From assembly GCA_030704615.1 (NCBI GenBank), contig CM060734.1, positions 12,152,001-12,216,000 of the forward strand: DNA of 64,000 bases, in the 5' to 3' direction. The notes beneath the pieces are model-generated. The model saw only the letters and a list, made by a program, of their open reading frames with translations. It was not told where the DNA came from and did not search any database. Shown one piece after another: positions 59,338-64,000 of the stretch (its first letter is position 1; each line of letters opens with the position of its first letter). This stretch comes from Takakia lepidozioides (taxonomy: Eukaryota > Plantae > Bryophyta). The position numbers and the translations under genes are program-made.

Positions 59338-60210
59338 GTGGTTCCAGCAGGTTTACCCCCGCTAACATTGCCCAGGCATCTGCCTTGGTTCTCCGGGGAA
59401 GCACATGAAAATCCAGAATATCATGTGAAAAGCTTCATTCAATGTTGCTACTCTAACCAAGAACTAAATGATGCCTATTGGCTGATATGGTTTCCCACAA
59501 CCATGAGGGGAAGAGCATCTACTTGGTATTGGCAACAGGCTCCAGGTATATTTATTACTTGGCAGCAGATTCGGGACGCATTTCTCGATCATTTCCGGGC
59601 AGTCCACCAGTTCACCAGTGTCTTGATGGCACTGGCAAGGATTCGCCAAGGCCCCACAGAGGAGGTAGCAGACTTCGAAATGCGAATCAGGGAGCTAATG
59701 CGACTCCAAAACCCTTTGACCCCCCTAGATGATGGGGTACTCCAAGATTGTTTTTTGAGTGGATTACGAGAGGCCACTCACTTTCATGTTTTGCAGCAAA
59801 GACCTGCAACTTTGGTAGATGCCATACAAGCGGGCAAGGAATTTGACAACATGCATCGCCAAGTACAACGAGCTAAGATGCCCGACTTTGCTGTACCATC
59901 GTACATTTCAATCGAGCCCGCGCAGGAGCCGGCACCATTAGCGGTAATCCAGCCTGCGCTGCATTACACGCCATCTTATGTAGGAGGAGTGAGACCCTAT
60001 GCCCCAGCAATGTCCCCGACACCCGTAGTAGCGCCAACGGTGCCGCAATACACGAATGTTGTTCCTACCAACTCACAGGCAGATTCAAGCGGGCAATCCG
60101 ATTCGCGAGTGGGCCATCTAGACGCACAAGTCACTTCTCTCATCAAGACCATTGAAACAATGGGCGACCGCATGAGCTCAATCGGTCAGCAGATTACCAG
60201 CTACAAGTGA
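59338..60210 (+). CDS. gag: Retrotransposon gag (non-chromovirus Ty3/gypsy type), truncated; no pol follows
   Basis: Motifs LPWFSGEAHENPEYHVKSF, FPTTMRGRASTWY, ITWQQIRDAFLDHF, IRQGPTEEVADF and FLSGLR. Confidence 0.85.
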   Translation: MVPAGLPPLTLPRHLPWFSGEAHENPEYHVKSFIQCCYSNQELNDAYWLIWFPTTMRGRASTWYWQQAPGIFITWQQIRDAFLDHFRAVHQFTSVLMALARIRQGPTEEVADFEMRIRELMRLQNPLTPLDDGVLQDCFLSGLREATHFHVLQQRPATLVDAIQAGKEFDNMHRQVQRAKMPDFAVPSYISIEPAQEPAPLAVIQPALHYTPSYVGGVRPYAPAMSPTPVVAPTVPQYTNVVPTNSQADSSGQSDSRVGHLDAQVTSLIKTIETMGDRMSSIGQQITSYK

Positions 60211-62084
60211 GTGGTAAAAGACATTACGTGGCACCGGTGGTTAAGGACAGTGATTCGAACCACTCACGTCCGGGTCCACCTGTTAGCTGCACACCAGTGA
60301 CAATTCCATTGGCAGCCCTGTGTCGTGGTAAATGAGGATCATACAGGCTGATTTTGTCCTTCAACTTAAACTGCACACAGCACCCACCATAAAACCCACA
60401 TTAATCAACCCATGAAGACATACATGTACATTGAATAATGAGGACCGCCCAGTATAAGCAATCACTGAAAGTACTGAAAGTGTAGAGTACTTTTGGTAGC
60501 ATAAGAATATCTGCCACTGTGGCTTGGGGTTGATATTTGGGGGTTGCCTTTTAAGGCGCCGTAGTTGGTGCACTGTCGGTGGCAGTATCAAGAGCGGCTT
60601 TCTCAGCCTGCGAACATCACGCCCAACACCCCTTAGCAGTTTCATTTAGCAATGCATCTACTAATAGTTTGAAGTACCCAACATGTAAATGGCCACATTG
60701 TACAGAACTGATAGCCAACAGGTGCATGCATGCTCACCTCTAGTACGGAAACTGCTGCATGGAGAGGTGCCTCCTGAAGGCCCACCTGACTCTTGCTCCC
60801 GCTAGAACTTGGTGTTATGTCACCATTTGCATCAGTCAAGGACTTTGTGCCTTTGGCAGCAGTGGCTCTGGTTACACGCTCTCCTTTTCGCATGTACTTC
60901 TTCTCAGCTCCCTTCACGATGGCTGGGGTAGGGTCCTCTGCTTTAGTCCCCTTCTACATGCCAACAAAACAACAAGGTATAGTACATGAGTACGTCTATG
61001 AATACCTGATGCATAGAATTCATGGCACACACCAATAAATAGATCATTCATGAAATGTTTTTAGAGTAAAAAACAGAAAGCCCAAGGACAGGAACAAGAT
61101 AAAGTCTTTGAGGGCGTACCTCTTTCTGTGGGGAAGTTGGCTTCACATGCTGATCTGCCAACCCCCCTACTGTCACCCTTACCAGCACTCTCGGTGGAGC
61201 AGACGTCCTCACCAGCAGCCAATATTGGTGTCCCGCCAGCTCCACCTCCCTTCTTACGTGGCAATTTATCAGGAATTCCCTTGCGCCCCAATTTTACTTG
61301 GGTCACCACAAGGTCCTCAATGGCAGACGACTTTGGCTTTTCCCCAACCTCAAGAGGTTCTCCCTGCACCCAAGCAAAACATACCAGAGCAATAAACTTC
61401 AAAGTCAACTAACACTGAATGGATGACAACCACAAAAATAAGTTGGGGTGAAGGTGCACAATCCACCTTCTCCGTAGCAGTCTTGCCTCCCAAGCCTGCG
61501 TCGGAATCGCAAGGTTCAATAACAGTACATATTGGGATAGTAGTTGGAGGAGGGGCGGTTGCTGACATTCCCAACATCATTGCCATCAATGCATCCAGTT
61601 GCAGCCCAACACAAGCCCCTCCACCCCACAAAGTTAGCAATTATGGAAAATAAGGTCAACCGGGCAACAAGCAAGGTCGGCAGTTCGTGAACGCATACAA
61701 ACCTTGGTCCAACGTGCCAAAAAAAGTTTGGCATTCAATGGCGTGAATGCATGGAATGTCATGCTCTGGCGCCCTAGCAATGTCCCACATCCATTCAATA
61801 TTAAGACCCTAACACATGTTCTAACCCTTTGAAATTTAATCCATGGGTGAAGCCATACATAGTTCAATTCGTAAGCCATTCATCTTTCTAAACAAGGTTT
61901 CCAGGTCATTCACATTTAGGAAAGAACCTTGGTTTGATATATAACATTTACCACATATATGCAGATTGTAAATTCATCACAAAAGCAGATTGCAGGTCTG
62001 GAGATAAATCTCCGGAACCAGGCTCAAAGCATATCAGGTTCGAAATGAAACAATCAGCCACTCATGCCTTGAGTTCATGAAGTT

Positions 62085-64000
62085 TTTACCTCGGTTGTCC
62101 CACCATTGACTGGGGTCAGAAAAGTATTCATTCCACGGCTTTTCCTCGTCTCAGCTATTACCTGTTTCTGGATACTTCCCTGTTGTCACATTGGCAGTAC
62201 TCGCACCAAACTATCAAAGGCTCACTCAACCAGCTAACTTGCAGAATTCAACATGAAAATTTAGGGCCGATTCTGATAAGATGGAAAAACAAGGTGAAAT
62301 GTGTTGAAGAAGGTGCCTTCATTACCAGTGCCTGAGTTTATCATTGTGCCGCTGCTGCTGCGGCTTCTAGTTGACCAGTCACCATCTACCCATGCAAGTT
62401 TCTTGTAGCTATTGATCCATCTGGTACATTTCCAGCTTTGGTGATGCAACCATGCACCTCCGATGCCCTTTTCCAGGCCGCTGCCAGGCTTGCACACGCA
62501 CTGCAAACGCACACAAACATGATGTGGTCGAACTTCACCCCTTCCCCCATCATTTGCTTTCAGGTCTCCAAAGCCCCATACATCGCCTATGCTCTACACA
62601 CCCTGCAAACATCACATTCCACAACACCACATCTCATTCAGCCATAGTGTTGAACACTCCCTTGGCATCCTCAATGCTACCATATTTGGCATACATGGCC
62701 ACTAGAGCAGTGTTCAGGATGACATCTGGAACAATTGCAGATTTGATCATGTCACCAGGGATCTCTTTGCCCTTTTCCAGGGCTGCCAAACACACTGCAA
62801 ACACACACAAACCTTATGTCGGCGGGCTTCACCCCTTCCCCCATCATTTGCTCATAGGTTGGAGCCTCCATCCCGCACCCCTGCTGTGCATACCCCGCAA
62901 GCATCGCACTCCACGACACCACATCTCGTTCAGCCATAGTGTTGAACACTCCCTTGGCATCCTCGATGCACCCACATTTGGCATACATGTCCACCAGGGC
63001 AGGGGCAGTGTTCTGAATGACATCTGGTAATCTGACAAACATCCTCCTTTTAGAATTGTTCCAGCAAATGCCCCAACCCTACTGATTTAGAGGCTGTAGT
63101 GTCCAAAGCCATGTCCGTTTCCAGAAAATTGTCTGATGAAAATGAAGTTAGGCAGAAAACTTCCCTGGACTTGTTTCCAGTCTGTGACATGGGGGAGGAC
63201 ATCATGGATGACCTCAAGGGTCTACCCACTCTCGGCACCAGAGTTGACCAGTTGGCCATCGACCCACTCGTAGCCATTGTGCTATTGAAGAAGGTGCCCT
63301 CCCTTCCCCCATCATTTGCTCATAGCTCTCCAAAGCCTCCATCCCACGTCCTTGCCATGCATACCATGCAAGCATCGCACTCCACGACACCACATCTCGT
63401 TCAGCCATAGTGTCGAACACTCCCTTTGCATCCTAGATGCACCCACATTTTGCAAACATGTTCACCAGGGTTTTGTTCAGAATGACATCTGGTACAATAA
63501 TAACTCTGAAGATGTCGCCATGCACCTCTTTCCCCTAAGCTGCCAGGGCAGTGTTCAGATTGACATTTGGCACAATTCCAGCTTTGATGATATCCCCATG
63601 CACCTCTTGCCCTTCTCCAGGCCGGCTGCCAGGCTTGCACAAGCATTGCAAATGCACACAAACATGATGTGCTTCCCCCATCATTTGCTCATAGCTCTCC
63701 AAAGCCTCCATCCCACGTCCCTGCCGTGCATACCATGCAAGCATCGCACTCCACGACACAACATCTCGTTCAGCCATAGTGTCGAACACTCCCTTTGCAT
63801 CCTAGATGCACCCACATTTTGAAAACATGTTCACCAGGGTTTTGTTCAAGATGACATCTGGTACAATTCCAACTCTGAAGATGTCGCCATGCACCTCTTT
63901 CCCCTAAGCTGCCAGGGCAGTGTTCAGATTGACATTTGGCACAATTCCAGCTTTGATGATATCCCCATGCACCTCTTGCCCTTCTCCAGGCCGGCTGCCA
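62085..64000 (-). pseudogene. Second patchwork of R2 module and PLS-PPR fragments, with a 369-bp tandem duplication
   Basis: Reads ALVDMYAKCGCIEDAKGVFNTMAERDVVSWSAMLAGYAQQG etc. 63311.. is repeated at 63680... 63050-63240 is an inverted copy of 25443-25631. Confidence 0.9.

Noticed and set aside
60240-62060. Several 70-115 aa ORFs after the truncated gag
   Set aside because: No recognisable domain on either strand. It may be decayed coding DNA, but I cannot support a call.

Overview
This is repeat-rich eukaryotic nuclear DNA, probably from a non-seed land plant (PLS-type PPR fragments, a Galadriel-like chromovirus, moss-like repeats; the taxon is an inference). I see no intact host gene, RNA gene or CRISPR array. 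The backbone is one decayed minus-strand L1-like LINE (ORF2 ~38725 to ~1056). It is interrupted by (i) a young 6966-bp chromovirus with apparently identical 724-bp LTRs and a TAAAT TSD, (ii) an internal ~600-bp inversion, (iii) a 25.6-kb non-autonomous Pack-CACTA (3646-29241; 27/29-nt matching TIRs, GCA TSD) loaded with host-gene fragments (PPR, Sec13, ANU10-like) and nested retroelements, and (iv) a 1.07-kb TIR element with a 10-bp TSD carrying a gypsy integrase fragment. The most striking feature is nested in the CACTA: a Ty3/gypsy-type polyprotein with a complete DNMT3-like C5 cytosine methyltransferase domain between protease and reverse transcriptase. It is separated from RT by a single in-frame TAG in a CARYYA readthrough context. 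Further right are a two-ORF Penelope-like (Naiad/Chlamys-type RT) element with no visible endonuclease, flanked by 1.74-kb direct repeats; a truncated non-chromovirus gypsy with a tRNA-Gly PBS and a duplicated CxxC extra ORF; and another PPR-fragment patchwork. All alignments and family calls were made by eye, without database searches.
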